Counted from the first letter of the stretch, positions 52,217 through 62,925 are shown. The stretch: 64,000 nt of DNA from Candidatus Enterousia sp. (GCA_045634865.1 JAZRBB010000002.1:129645-193644); one strand, 5' to 3'. Made by a program: numbers and translations. Notes: a model not told the origin generated them from the letters alone.

Positions 52217-52327
52217 TTTTTCTCCTTTTTTTGTTTTTTGTTTTGTTTGCTCCATTCTGACATTAATGTCAAAATGCAATTTCTACTTCGTTCCGGTCTA
52301 TCTCACTTTCTCTACTTCGTTACCAGG

Positions 52328-55300
52328 TTATTCTCCCTTTCCAATTTCTTCGCCATTATCTTGTTCATTTGAATTAGAATTGTCATTATTATTTAATACA
52401 GATGATACTATCCTATAACCTATGAATGTATAACCTTGTGGTATTGTCTTAGGCGCATCCGGTACTGTATAACTACTGCCATACGTACATGTCGTATTGA
52501 CACCATCACCCCAGTTAATGTGTACTGTATTCCCTTCACACAAATGCGTTGACGTGTTCCAGGAATACCCCACATCACAAGTGCAACTGCTGGTACTACC
52601 ATTTGACGTTGAACCAGAAGGACATGCATATTTACCATTATCTTCAACCGTCAAATCTGAACCACCAGTGCTGTTCAATCCTGTGCAATAATACCCCTCT
52701 GGACATGCTTGACATTCCAAATTCGCATCTGCATATTGTCCCGCAGAACAAGTCGTGCTGGCTGCTACACATCTGCTTGTCGCTGTTGCAGACGCCAACG
52801 AACTTGGCGACTGGGTGAAATATGTACCCAAAGCGCTTGTTCCATTGATGTCCAACATCGCTTGCATAATACCAACTGCATTGCCAGCGCTCATCAATGT
52901 CATCATATTATCTGTATCACACAATGAATATTTTGGTGTGCACAAATCTGTTGCTACATTACCCGTATTATATTTACAGAACGCAACCGAAGCACCCGCA
53001 TCAATCCAATCATTTATATCCATACTTGGACTTTGCCCATCAAACAACACAGAACCATCATTATAATACACACGCATCGCTACACAGTCATTTGGTGTTG
53101 AGCCATAAGAACCCTCCATACCATCCCCCATCTGCATCATACCAGCCCCAGATAAACTCATGTTGGAAAAGTCGCTTGCATCTGGACATACAATACCGCT
53201 ACATCTGTTCAACGCACTATCTTTACTTAAATCACTTACAGACTCTGTGAAATAATTTCCAATTGTATTGTCGTTAGTTATACCTAATACAGCCTTCATA
53301 ACCCCAACAGAATTACCCGAAGCAAACAGGCTCATAACATTATCAGTTGAGCACAATGAATATTTCGGTGTGCAATCCCCGTCATAATGACCAGTATTTG
53401 GATTGTATTTGCAGAATGCAACCGACGCACCAGCATTCACATAATCACTTGCCGTCATATTTTCCATGCCACCAGCACTCATAAATGGTGTAGAATTTTC
53501 ATAATACACCCTTATTGCTACACATTCATCTTGGCTTGAACCATAAGAAGATTCTGTACCCAAATTCATATTTTGCATATCCAATTCTATAACCCCTGGA
53601 CCACCAGTTGTATTAATCGGTGCCGGTGATGTATAATACCCATTAGTAGCAGGACAAGTAATCGGTTTCACACTTTCTGTATAAGTTGTTGGGCAAGATG
53701 AGCCAGAGCAAGGCTGACAGCTGTTTGTTGTCGCGTCATACTTTGTTCCCGCCAAACAGCACGCATAACCGTCCGGACAACAGTTGTTACCGGTATACAC
53801 ATCCCTTTCTTTTTTATCATCGTAATAATTTTCCCAATAGTAACCTGTCGCACAACTTCCTCTGATCATTTGTGGCATACCTGTATCTGGACATGCATTC
53901 GCTGTCTGAAGCGTATCTATACCCAAAGTATTTGATACTTGTTCAAATGAATCGTCTGACAATGAAGAACCTCCACCAAACATCTGTGCCAAATTACTGA
54001 TAATCGTACCAGTAGGAGCCAACATTAACTGTGCAATCTGACCATTACACGCTGTAAATGCAGGAGTACATTCATTATACTTACTATCTGTTGCATTATA
54101 TTTACATATTATAACACGCGCACCAGCCTGGGTCAGTAAATCATCACTAGACATACCACCTGTGTACCAATTATTGAACGCAGTCATATTTACTGCAGAT
54201 ACATATACATTTGCACAGGCAGAATACTCATTGTCATTATCATCTGTCAATGTTATAACTTCTGGCGTCTTGATTGTAGACATGTTACCAACAGAAACGT
54301 TCACGATAGAGTTACCAGCAGGATTGGTCGCAGAACCACTTGGACATGTACATGCACTCAATGACGTTGAACCAGCAGAAGAGGTTGAACCAGTTGGACA
54401 AGCACTGCACTCAGTAGCACCAGATCCACTGAACGTATTTTGTGCACATGTGTATTTTCCAGAATCAAATGTTGTAGTCACATCCCATATAATACCAGGA
54501 CAATATGAACCAGCATCACAAGTCACACATTGATATTCATTTTGACCGATCTGATTAATATACTCCCCAGCAGGGCAAACAAACGATTTTGTATAAGTTG
54601 CTGTACAAGTATCATTTTTGGAACAATCCACGCAACGACCTTCTTCCATATCATATTCATATCCAGCCAAGCAACATGCATAACCATCTGGGCAACATGT
54701 GTTACCTGTATACACAGTTTCTGCGTTTTTATCATCATAATAACTTTCCCATTCATACCCAACAGGACACGATGCAGCACATGTTGGTATGCCGTCTGAA
54801 GCATCGCCATAGAAGTTTCTGACCCCATCAATGCCCAATGCACCAGACGCATCTGCGTTACCCATAATAACATTTGGCAAAGCTGGAGCACCATACTGTG
54901 TCGCTATTGCAGTAGCTATTTGTTCTGTTGTGTAATTCAACATCATATAACTATAGCTTGTATCACATGCCGGTATTGCATTCGAACAACTTGTATATTT
55001 ACCTGTCTTTCCATCATATTCACACATTATCAAACGCATACCTGATTTTGATAATTCGTCTGCAGTTGCATTTGCGATACCATTTGCAAATACTGTATTA
55101 TCCAACACAGATACATATGCCTTGGTACAACTCTGATACGTTTCGTTTTTCTTCATATCATAAAACGTTACCAATGCACTTTGTTTGCCTGCGCCAGACA
55201 CAAATGTTGTTCCTGCTGGATCATATTGTGAACCATCAACACAGGTTGTCGTGCTACATGCAGAATCAGATGTTGAACCTGTTGCACCACCTGTCGACAT

Positions 55301-58300
55301 ACCACCAGAACAAATCTTACATGCCGCTAATCCAGTCTCATCAGCATACGATCCATCTGCACATGCATATTTACCCGCCTGTTCATCAGTAAGTGTCGAT
55401 TGTTCATTCCATTCCACACTGACCCCCGGACAATAATGACCAACCGGACATGTCACACACTGATTGTTAGTCCCAATTGCTGACTGGTCTATGTACGAAC
55501 CCTCTGGGCACACCACACGTTCGGTATATGTCGTCGGACATGAGGCACCAGAGCATTCTATGCAAGTTTCTGATTTACCAGATAAATCATACGTTGTTCC
55601 AGCCAAACAGCATGCATAACCATTTGGACAGCAGTTGTTACCGGTATACACATCCCTTTCTTTTTTATCATCGTAATGATGTTCCCAATAATAACCTGTC
55701 GCACAACTTCCACCAATTGCTTGTGGCATATTTGGATCTGGACATGCGTTTGCCGTCTGTATCGTATCAACCCCAAAAGTATCCGACACTTCTTCGAATA
55801 TATCATCTGGTAACGAAGAACCTTCACCAAACATTTGTGCCAAATTATCAACAACTGTGCCAGTAGGTGCCAACATTAATTGTGCGATTGTACCATTACA
55901 TGCTGTGAACGCAGGTGAACACAAATTATATTTCTGGTCTTCTGGGTTATACTTACACATTACAACACGCGCACCAGCCTGGGTCAACAAATCATTCGAA
56001 GACATACCACCAGATACCCAACTGTTAAATGCAGTCGAATTTATTGCAGACACATACACATTCATACAAGCTTGATATTCCACATCATCTTTACCTTTGG
56101 TTGTGGTTAACATTACAACCTCTGGTGTTTTGGTTGTGGACATATTGCCAACAGAAATGTTCACAATTGAATTACCCGCAGGATTATACGCAGAACCACT
56201 AACGCAAGTACATGCAGACGCACCAGCAGCTGAGGTTGAACCAGCAAGGCAGGCGAATTTACCAGCTGTGTACACATTCGAATTGGTTGGATCCACAGAA
56301 AAATCACCATTTGCAAATGAATATGTCTTGCTGTCTGGACAGAAAGATCCAGCAGGGCAAGGTTCGCAAGAACCTGTTCCAACACCATTTACATATTCAA
56401 TACGTGCATATTCGCCCGCCACACAAGTTTGCGTATCACACCCAACGCTAGACTTTGTAATATTTGCACTACTGCTCAACGTGCTTATATCATTTATATA
56501 ACTATTATTTTGCTTGAATAATGTATTCCAATTTACAGTACTTTGAGTTAATCCCTTACGTCCCAATTCAATATCCAAAAAGTCATCTGCTGAAGCGGAA
56601 TTTCCCATAAACAAGCCAGCCATCGTCTGTAAATCTGACGCGTCACACACAGTCACCATTGATGAACAACCTGTATAATTACCCGTAGAAACATCATAAT
56701 TACAAGACATCAAGCCCGCTTCCATATTATTTGGATTACAAGGTTGATCCAAGCCCAGTGCATAATAATAATCCCCGAACTGTTTTTGCAATTCTGCCGC
56801 AGGAGTCGAACATTTCAGAGTTTCCAAATTTATCGAATATGCTGGTTTGATACATTCACTGTTTGATTCTATACCATCGCCATTAAAGTCTTTCCATACA
56901 GGATCTGCATTAGATGAATAGAAGAAATTATATGGTTCTTCTGTTTTGATTGGCACATAGTACGGACTGGTAGAATCAGAACTATATCCATGATATGATG
57001 GACATCTGAAATAACAATCATCAGCAGATTCAGCCCCCATATCACTATATGCTTTGTTTGGATTAGCAGATGAACAAGCGTGCGCACCATTATCTTCTGC
57101 TGTTAAATCAGAACCACCCATACTATTCATGCCATCACAATAGAAGTTTTGTGGACACTGTTGGCAACCCAAACTAACCCCATTATAGTAAGCATATTGA
57201 CCAGCAGGACAATTTACAATTTGTGGGCCGAAACTTGCATACGCATACAAATTGGCACCATACATACCATATACACTGGTTTCGCCTGAACCAGACCATG
57301 TTTCACTGAACCAGGTACAATCATTGCTGTTGGCGGCAGTATTCACATCACCTTGATAAGATGTACAAACATACCAACCGCGGAATTCTTGATTCCCAGA
57401 CGGCGAAGCCAACTGTATCGCACTATTAGAAACTTCATATGAATTCGCATCTGTATAATGATAGTAATTACCATCATACCAATAGTTTCCGGGGTTATAC
57501 GGCACAGATGTAGCCCCAGTATAATCATAAGTTATACTATATATCGGTGCCCATTTAGCATATAAATACAAATTTGTTTTGTTCGATACATTTAAATATC
57601 CACCATAGTTATAATCATACGCACTATAATCCGACCTGGCCGTCAAATACTTTGTAGGATATGTACAATCATAGTTCGCCGCAGCAGCCTCACTTGCGCT
57701 ATCAAATACACACCAACCTACAAAACCAAAATTATCTCTGGTTGGACTGTATAGCGATTTAATATAATCCACGCTGCTCCAAGAAATATCATTCGCATTG
57801 TTTTTGTAATACAATGTTGAACCACCAACATAGTATTGTATAGGATTGGTGGAAGCTTCAGCATCTGCATTCATACTGTCATAAGTGATACTGTATATCG
57901 GCGCCCACTTCGCATATAATGTTATATCGCCTGTTGAACCCGTAGCAATTTCTGTAATTGCAGAACCTGTGAATTGGTTATTATCATACCAACCAAGAAA
58001 AACGAAACCAGACTTTGTTGGCTCTCGCAATGTTATTGGTAGAGTGGTTTCTATTGTATAACTTGACGGATTGTCCGCATCATTCGTTGCATCAGCCATA
58101 TTGTTATATGTTATAGAGTATTCTTGTAAACACTGGGTTGCTGTTGAATTACTGTCATATCCATATGCCGCCTTTGCATTGCTAATATAGCCAGTTGGAC
58201 ACTGTTGAACAAAGCCTGTGTCACATGTATCACCAGAACCGCATACTGCACAGGCCTTGGTCGTTGAATCATATTTCAATCCTTGTTTACAATATATTTC

Positions 58301-61300
58301 ATCGTCTGCAACACACGCAACCTTGTTACCAAAATAATTGTCGAACCCAGTTGTTGCCTTATGCGTTCCGTCTGGACACGATGTGCGCAAAGAAGTATAG
58401 GAGAAAACTTCAGACATTTGATTGGTTATAGTTGTATTTGCATCAAGTCCTGCAAATAACGTGGCGGGGATATAATACTCATCAGGACCATAAAAATCAT
58501 AGACATCATGTCCCAGGTTACGACAATAATAAAACATATCATAAAACATTGCTTGAACAATCTGCCCGCGTATACCACTAAACAAATTCCCAGGTATCAA
58601 ACCAATTAACCTTGTACAGCCTGAAAACGTACCAGTAAACTTTGGTTGTATAGCACTCAAAGCATCAGAATCATAAGCCAAACCAGCCGTCGGGTCGTAT
58701 TGCATGGTTGCACCAATTGTCGGGAACAATGCACCCAATGAACCAGATATGCCAGCAACCTTTAATTGTGTGTTCAAACCGTAACCATCGGAGCCAAAAA
58801 CTATAGCAGCGATATAAGAACCTGTTGAATACCCCGTTGCCAAACCATCAAATTTTATATCATACGAACGAGCGGTGGTATTTGTATATGTGTGAAAATA
58901 ATATCGTTTCGTTGTATTATTCGTGCGATCAATACGTTCAATTGTGCCATCACCCCAATCAATCCAGAATACACCCGCTGCAGACATTTGGAACTGGAAA
59001 TAATCATTTGTACCAGTTCCGTCTGACACAATGTCATTTGTTGTTGTTATTTGGAATTTATTTTCGAATGTCCCCCATTTGGCATACAATGTTACACTGC
59101 CATCAACCTCTGGGACTAACGTTTTAACCTCAGCACCCGTAAAATCAGCATTTTTATACCAACCCATAAATTTATAATTTGCTTTGCTTGGATCTTTTAA
59201 CGTTACTGTTTCATCATACAGAGACGGATTATCCGAATCATTTGATCCACCATTTAAATTATACGTTATTGAATTCGCACTTAACGTCCATTTCGCATAT
59301 AATGTTTGACCTCCTGTTGTAGTAATTTGCGTTACTGTATCAATAAATCTATCATCATCATACCAACCAGAGAATGTATAGAAACGTTTCGTCGGATTAT
59401 GCAATGTTATCGGTAAATCTTCAACTGTATACGTCAACGGATTATCTGAACTATTCGTTGCACCAGCCATATTGTTGTATGTTATAGTGTATCCCTGTAA
59501 ACACTGTGTTGCTGTTGAATCACTATCATATCCATATGCCGCCTTTGCATTGCTAATATAGCCAGTTGGACACTGTTGTACAAAACCAGTATTACATGTA
59601 TCATTAGAAGAACACCAATCACAGCTCCTAGTTGCAGAATTATATTTTGATCCACGTGCACAATATATTTCATCATCTGCAACACATGCAACTCTGCCAT
59701 CAAAATAACTTTCAAATCCAGTTGTTGCCTGACGCGTTCCATCTGGACATGATGTGCTCAAACCGGATTCGTAAAAAACCCCACTCATCGGATTGACTAA
59801 ATCCGTATTCACGTCAATTCCAGCAAATAAAGTAACAGGTATCGTACCGGTCAATCTACGACACCCTCTAAATGTAGAGTTAAACAGATCCCGTACTAGT
59901 ACACCCGATATACCACTAAACAATCCTGCAGGTATTGAGGTTACATAAGTATAAACAAACGTGGCACTAAACATCCCGCGAATCGGTTGCCCCCTTACAC
60001 CACTAAACAGTCCTGCTGGTATCGAACCTGTTAAGCTAGAACCCAAAAATGTACCACTAAAACTTGGTTGTATACTATAGATTGGCAACCCACAAAAGTC
60101 ACTGTATGGATTTAATCCGGCCGTCGGATCGTATTGATCAGTTGCACCAATCGTTGGAAACAATGCCCCCAAAGAACCAGATATGCCCGCAACAAGCGTG
60201 CCCGTAGGACCAACAACCGTTCTATTTTCATTGACCGAAGATGTAGCACTGGCACCATAAAGATACTGAAAACTCACCGCAGGGAGAGCACAGTCATTAT
60301 ACCCTGTTGCCCGACCATCAAATTTTATATCATATGAACGGGCAATGGTATTTGTATACGTATGCGAATAGTATTGTTCCGTTGTGTTATTTGTACGATC
60401 AATACGTTCAATTGTGCCATCACCCCAATCAACCCAGAATACACCCGCAGCAGACATTCCGAATACAAAATAATCACCTGTACCAGTTCCATCTGAAACT
60501 ATGTTATCAGTTGTTGTTATTTGGAATTTATTCTCAAACGTTCCCCATTTGGCATACAACGTAACATCACCATCGGTTTCATGAACCAAAGTTTTAACCT
60601 CGACACCCGTAAAATCAGCATTTTTATACCAACCCATAAATTTATAATTTGCTTTGCTTGGGTCTTTTAACGTTGTTGATGTCAAGTATGTTGACGAATT
60701 ATCTGGATTATTCGTTCCACCATTCAGATTATAAGTTATCGAATTTGGGGCAATACATGCAGTAGAAGTCGAATTGCCCCCCATTCCATTTGGACAGGTA
60801 TAAATCGCACCCAACTCTGGACACGTATAACCAGATTGACAGGTAACACACGCATTGGTATTTGTATCAAACCTTTCACCCTTTTTACAATAAACCTTGT
60901 CAGCCGCGACACATGCAACATAACCATCAAAATAACTTTCAAATCCAGTTGTTGCCTGATGTGTTCCATCTGGACAAGATGTAAGTAAACTCGTGTCTTC
61001 AAAAGGATCGATTATGGTTGTACTAATAATACCCGCAAATAAAGTAACAGGTATCGTACCGGTCAAACTATAACACCTTTTAAATATAAGATCAAACATT
61101 TGTGGAGCAGCCTGCCCACCCACACCATTAAATAACTCATCAGGTATGGTACCGGCTAAAAAAGTACATTGTTCAAACACACCTACAAAGCGTGGTTGTA
61201 TAGCCTTCAACGCAGAAGAATCGGCAACCAAACCAATCGTAGCATCTGCACCACCAATCGTCGGAAACAACGCCCCCAAAGAACCAGATATACCTGCAAC

Positions 61301-61954
61301 CTTTTCATACGTCGTGCCAGAAACAGTTCTATTTTCATTGACCGACACAGTATCATCACCAGCATATCCAAACAGTATTGCTTGACTAAATAAAAAATCT
61401 TCATACCCTGTTGCCTGACCATCAAATTTTATATCATACGAACGAGCGGTGGTATTTGTATACGTATGCGTATAATACTGGTATGCTGTATTACCACGTC
61501 TATCAATAACCTCTATACCACTATTATCACCCCAATCAACATAAAACACACCCTCCGCCGACATCTTGAATGCAAAATAATCGTTACTGCCTGTTCCATC
61601 TGAAACTATATCATCAGTCGTTGTTATTTGGAATTTACTCTCAAACGTTCCCCATTTTGCGTAGTATGTTTTATCACCAGACGTACTGTTTGCGGATATC
61701 CATTTCACTGGATCACCCGTAAAATTGCTGTTTTCGTACCAACCTTTGAACACATAGCCAGACTTTATCGGTAAATCTAACACTTTTAATGTATCATCGT
61801 CGTATGTCGCTGGGTTAGATACACCAGATGCCAATGTCCCCCCATCCAATTCATACGTTATGTTATATGTCGTCGCAAATGCAGGTGAAACCAGCATCAC
61901 AAAGGCAATTACCAATGCTTTCAGAACACGTTTTATACTATTTTGGAACAACAT
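52328..61954 (-). CDS. Giant secreted adhesin-like protein (Flg_new repeats, PKD-like DWGDG domains, LRR-like and Cys-rich modules); candidate fibre tip
   Basis: Signal peptide ending PAFA; repeated YNLNGG...GYVFKGWY...LYAKW, VDWGDG, IP.TLFAGI, CPAG.YC. Confidence 0.8.
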   Translation of the reverse strand: MLFQNSIKRVLKALVIAFVMLVSPAFATTYNITYELDGGTLASGVSNPATYDDDTLKVLDLPIKSGYVFKGWYENSNFTGDPVKWISANSTSGDKTYYAKWGTFESKFQITTTDDIVSDGTGSNDYFAFKMSAEGVFYVDWGDNSGIEVIDRRGNTAYQYYTHTYTNTTARSYDIKFDGQATGYEDFLFSQAILFGYAGDDTVSVNENRTVSGTTYEKVAGISGSLGALFPTIGGADATIGLVADSSALKAIQPRFVGVFEQCTFLAGTIPDELFNGVGGQAAPQMFDLIFKRCYSLTGTIPVTLFAGIISTTIIDPFEDTSLLTSCPDGTHQATTGFESYFDGYVACVAADKVYCKKGERFDTNTNACVTCQSGYTCPELGAIYTCPNGMGGNSTSTACIAPNSITYNLNGGTNNPDNSSTYLTSTTLKDPSKANYKFMGWYKNADFTGVEVKTLVHETDGDVTLYAKWGTFENKFQITTTDNIVSDGTGTGDYFVFGMSAAGVFWVDWGDGTIERIDRTNNTTEQYYSHTYTNTIARSYDIKFDGRATGYNDCALPAVSFQYLYGASATSSVNENRTVVGPTGTLVAGISGSLGALFPTIGATDQYDPTAGLNPYSDFCGLPIYSIQPSFSGTFLGSSLTGSIPAGLFSGVRGQPIRGMFSATFVYTYVTSIPAGLFSGISGVLVRDLFNSTFRGCRRLTGTIPVTLFAGIDVNTDLVNPMSGVFYESGLSTSCPDGTRQATTGFESYFDGRVACVADDEIYCARGSKYNSATRSCDWCSSNDTCNTGFVQQCPTGYISNAKAAYGYDSDSTATQCLQGYTITYNNMAGATNSSDNPLTYTVEDLPITLHNPTKRFYTFSGWYDDDRFIDTVTQITTTGGQTLYAKWTLSANSITYNLNGGSNDSDNPSLYDETVTLKDPSKANYKFMGWYKNADFTGAEVKTLVPEVDGSVTLYAKWGTFENKFQITTTNDIVSDGTGTNDYFQFQMSAAGVFWIDWGDGTIERIDRTNNTTKRYYFHTYTNTTARSYDIKFDGLATGYSTGSYIAAIVFGSDGYGLNTQLKVAGISGSLGALFPTIGATMQYDPTAGLAYDSDALSAIQPKFTGTFSGCTRLIGLIPGNLFSGIRGQIVQAMFYDMFYYCRNLGHDVYDFYGPDEYYIPATLFAGLDANTTITNQMSEVFSYTSLRTSCPDGTHKATTGFDNYFGNKVACVADDEIYCKQGLKYDSTTKACAVCGSGDTCDTGFVQQCPTGYISNAKAAYGYDSNSTATQCLQEYSITYNNMADATNDADNPSSYTIETTLPITLREPTKSGFVFLGWYDNNQFTGSAITEIATGSTGDITLYAKWAPIYSITYDSMNADAEASTNPIQYYVGGSTLYYKNNANDISWSSVDYIKSLYSPTRDNFGFVGWCVFDSASEAAAANYDCTYPTKYLTARSDYSAYDYNYGGYLNVSNKTNLYLYAKWAPIYSITYDYTGATSVPYNPGNYWYDGNYYHYTDANSYEVSNSAIQLASPSGNQEFRGWYVCTSYQGDVNTAANSNDCTWFSETWSGSGETSVYGMYGANLYAYASFGPQIVNCPAGQYAYYNGVSLGCQQCPQNFYCDGMNSMGGSDLTAEDNGAHACSSANPNKAYSDMGAESADDCYFRCPSYHGYSSDSTSPYYVPIKTEEPYNFFYSSNADPVWKDFNGDGIESNSECIKPAYSINLETLKCSTPAAELQKQFGDYYYALGLDQPCNPNNMEAGLMSCNYDVSTGNYTGCSSMVTVCDASDLQTMAGLFMGNSASADDFLDIELGRKGLTQSTVNWNTLFKQNNSYINDISTLSSSANITKSSVGCDTQTCVAGEYARIEYVNGVGTGSCEPCPAGSFCPDSKTYSFANGDFSVDPTNSNVYTAGKFACLAGSTSAAGASACTCVSGSAYNPAGNSIVNISVGNMSTTKTPEVVMLTTTKGKDDVEYQACMNVYVSAINSTAFNSWVSGGMSSNDLLTQAGARVVMCKYNPEDQKYNLCSPAFTACNGTIAQLMLAPTGTVVDNLAQMFGEGSSLPDDIFEEVSDTFGVDTIQTANACPDPNMPQAIGGSCATGYYWEHHYDDKKERDVYTGNNCCPNGYACCLAGTTYDLSGKSETCIECSGASCPTTYTERVVCPEGSYIDQSAIGTNNQCVTCPVGHYCPGVSVEWNEQSTLTDEQAGKYACADGSYADETGLAACKICSGGMSTGGATGSTSDSACSTTTCVDGSQYDPAGTTFVSGAGKQSALVTFYDMKKNETYQSCTKAYVSVLDNTVFANGIANATADELSKSGMRLIMCEYDGKTGKYTSCSNAIPACDTSYSYMMLNYTTEQIATAIATQYGAPALPNVIMGNADASGALGIDGVRNFYGDASDGIPTCAASCPVGYEWESYYDDKNAETVYTGNTCCPDGYACCLAGYEYDMEEGRCVDCSKNDTCTATYTKSFVCPAGEYINQIGQNEYQCVTCDAGSYCPGIIWDVTTTFDSGKYTCAQNTFSGSGATECSACPTGSTSSAGSTSLSACTCPSGSATNPAGNSIVNVSVGNMSTIKTPEVITLTDDNDNEYSACANVYVSAVNMTAFNNWYTGGMSSDDLLTQAGARVIICKYNATDSKYNECTPAFTACNGQIAQLMLAPTGTIISNLAQMFGGGSSLSDDSFEQVSNTLGIDTLQTANACPDTGMPQMIRGSCATGYYWENYYDDKKERDVYTGNNCCPDGYACCLAGTKYDATTNSCQPCSGSSCPTTYTESVKPITCPATNGYYTSPAPINTTGGPGVIELDMQNMNLGTESSYGSSQDECVAIRVYYENSTPFMSAGGMENMTASDYVNAGASVAFCKYNPNTGHYDGDCTPKYSLCSTDNVMSLFASGNSVGVMKAVLGITNDNTIGNYFTESVSDLSKDSALNRCSGIVCPDASDFSNMSLSGAGMMQMGDGMEGSYGSTPNDCVAMRVYYNDGSVLFDGQSPSMDINDWIDAGASVAFCKYNTGNVATDLCTPKYSLCDTDNMMTLMSAGNAVGIMQAMLDINGTSALGTYFTQSPSSLASATATSRCVAASTTCSAGQYADANLECQACPEGYYCTGLNSTGGSDLTVEDNGKYACPSGSTSNGSTSSCTCDVGYSWNTSTHLCEGNTVHINWGDGVNTTCTYGSSYTVPDAPKTIPQGYTFIGYRIVSSVLNNNDNSNSNEQDNGEEIGKGE

Positions 61955-62123
61955 TTGTGATAAATCTCCCTTTACTTTCACAGAAATCTTAGAACAAAAT
62001 ATTACAGTTATGCAACAACTTTATTTATTAGTAAAATCAATTAATTATACAAACCAACACTTCGCCACAACACCCATCATCATCCGAATCGGTTTTATTT
62101 CATATAAGTATAAATTCTTGTCA

Positions 62124-62503
62124 CAGTCCGAGAGCAAAATTCTCCCTTTGGAGGGAGTACCCGTAGGGGGAGGGAGGGTTCAATTGTTATTGTTCCAGAC
62201 GTTCATTATTACAAACGCACCAGAATACCCGCCCTGCAAGTTCCCCTCCTGCGGAGGGGTGCCGGAACGGCAGGGTGGTCTTTCTCGTGTTATCTGGAAT
62301 CAAAGACCAACCTCCCTCCCAGCTACGCCCCCCCCAAGGGGAGAATTGCGTTTGTGGGGAAAATCGCTCCCGCTAGGGACATTCTTGGTTCCCCGTCTTG
62401 TGACTGCGTCACAATCCACCCCGCCATGGGCGGGGAATTAACATGGGTTCAGTCCGAGAGCAAAATTCCCCCTTTGGAGGGAGCACCCGCAGGGGGAGGG
62501 AGG
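62124..62503. repeat. Cluster of GC-rich REP-like palindromic repeats
   Basis: 54-bp direct repeat 62124-62177/62450-62503, inverted copy about 62311-62348, related palindromes at 62240-62280 and 62400-62439. Confidence 0.75.
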
Positions 62504-62555
62504 ATCTCACTAATATATATTGAAAAAACAAAAATCATTGCTATATTATATCCCG

Positions 62556-62884
62556 ACGGGTACGAAAGAGCATAGCTGAATATTTTTGTATTCAGAGGAA
62601 AGTCCGGACTGCATGGGACAGCATAGTGGCTAACGACCACACAGGGCAACCTGATGATCAGAGCAACAGTGACGTAAGCGATTAAATTCGTAGTGAAACG
62701 GGCAATCTCTATGTGCAGCAACCTCAAAAAGGGTTCTTTGGTCGTCCCAACCGTTTAAAGAACCGGGTAGAGGGCTTGACAATTTGTGGCAACACATTTT
62801 GCAGATTAATTATGCTCGCAACCTTTGGCTTGTTCGTCGAACTCGCCTTTGGCTGAACAGAATCCGGCTTATTGAAATACCCGC
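62556..62884 (+). ncRNA. rnpB: RNase P RNA (type A, reduced)
   Basis: GAGGAAAGTCCGG and AACAGAATCCGGCTTA universal motifs; P1 cgggta/tacccg, P2 gagcata/tatgctc, P6 tgggac/gtccca. Confidence 0.95.
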
Positions 62885-62925
62885 TTATAAAAAATCCGCC
62901 ACAACGATGGCGGTATTTTTTATTA

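Noticed and set aside
52328-61954. Diversity-generating retroelement (TR/VR) explanation for near-identical repeats
   Set aside because: Differences between copies are largely synonymous and not adenine-specific, all copies are in frame within the gene, and there is no reverse transcriptase in the window
62124-62503. CRISPR array
   Set aside because: Only two direct copies of 54 bp, 326 bp apart, with inverted copies between them; no regular spacers and no cas genes
61860-62727. ORFs 61860-62441, 62354-62575 and 62449-62727
   Set aside because: They overlap the palindromic repeats, the antisense strand of the adhesin gene and rnpB; likely spurious
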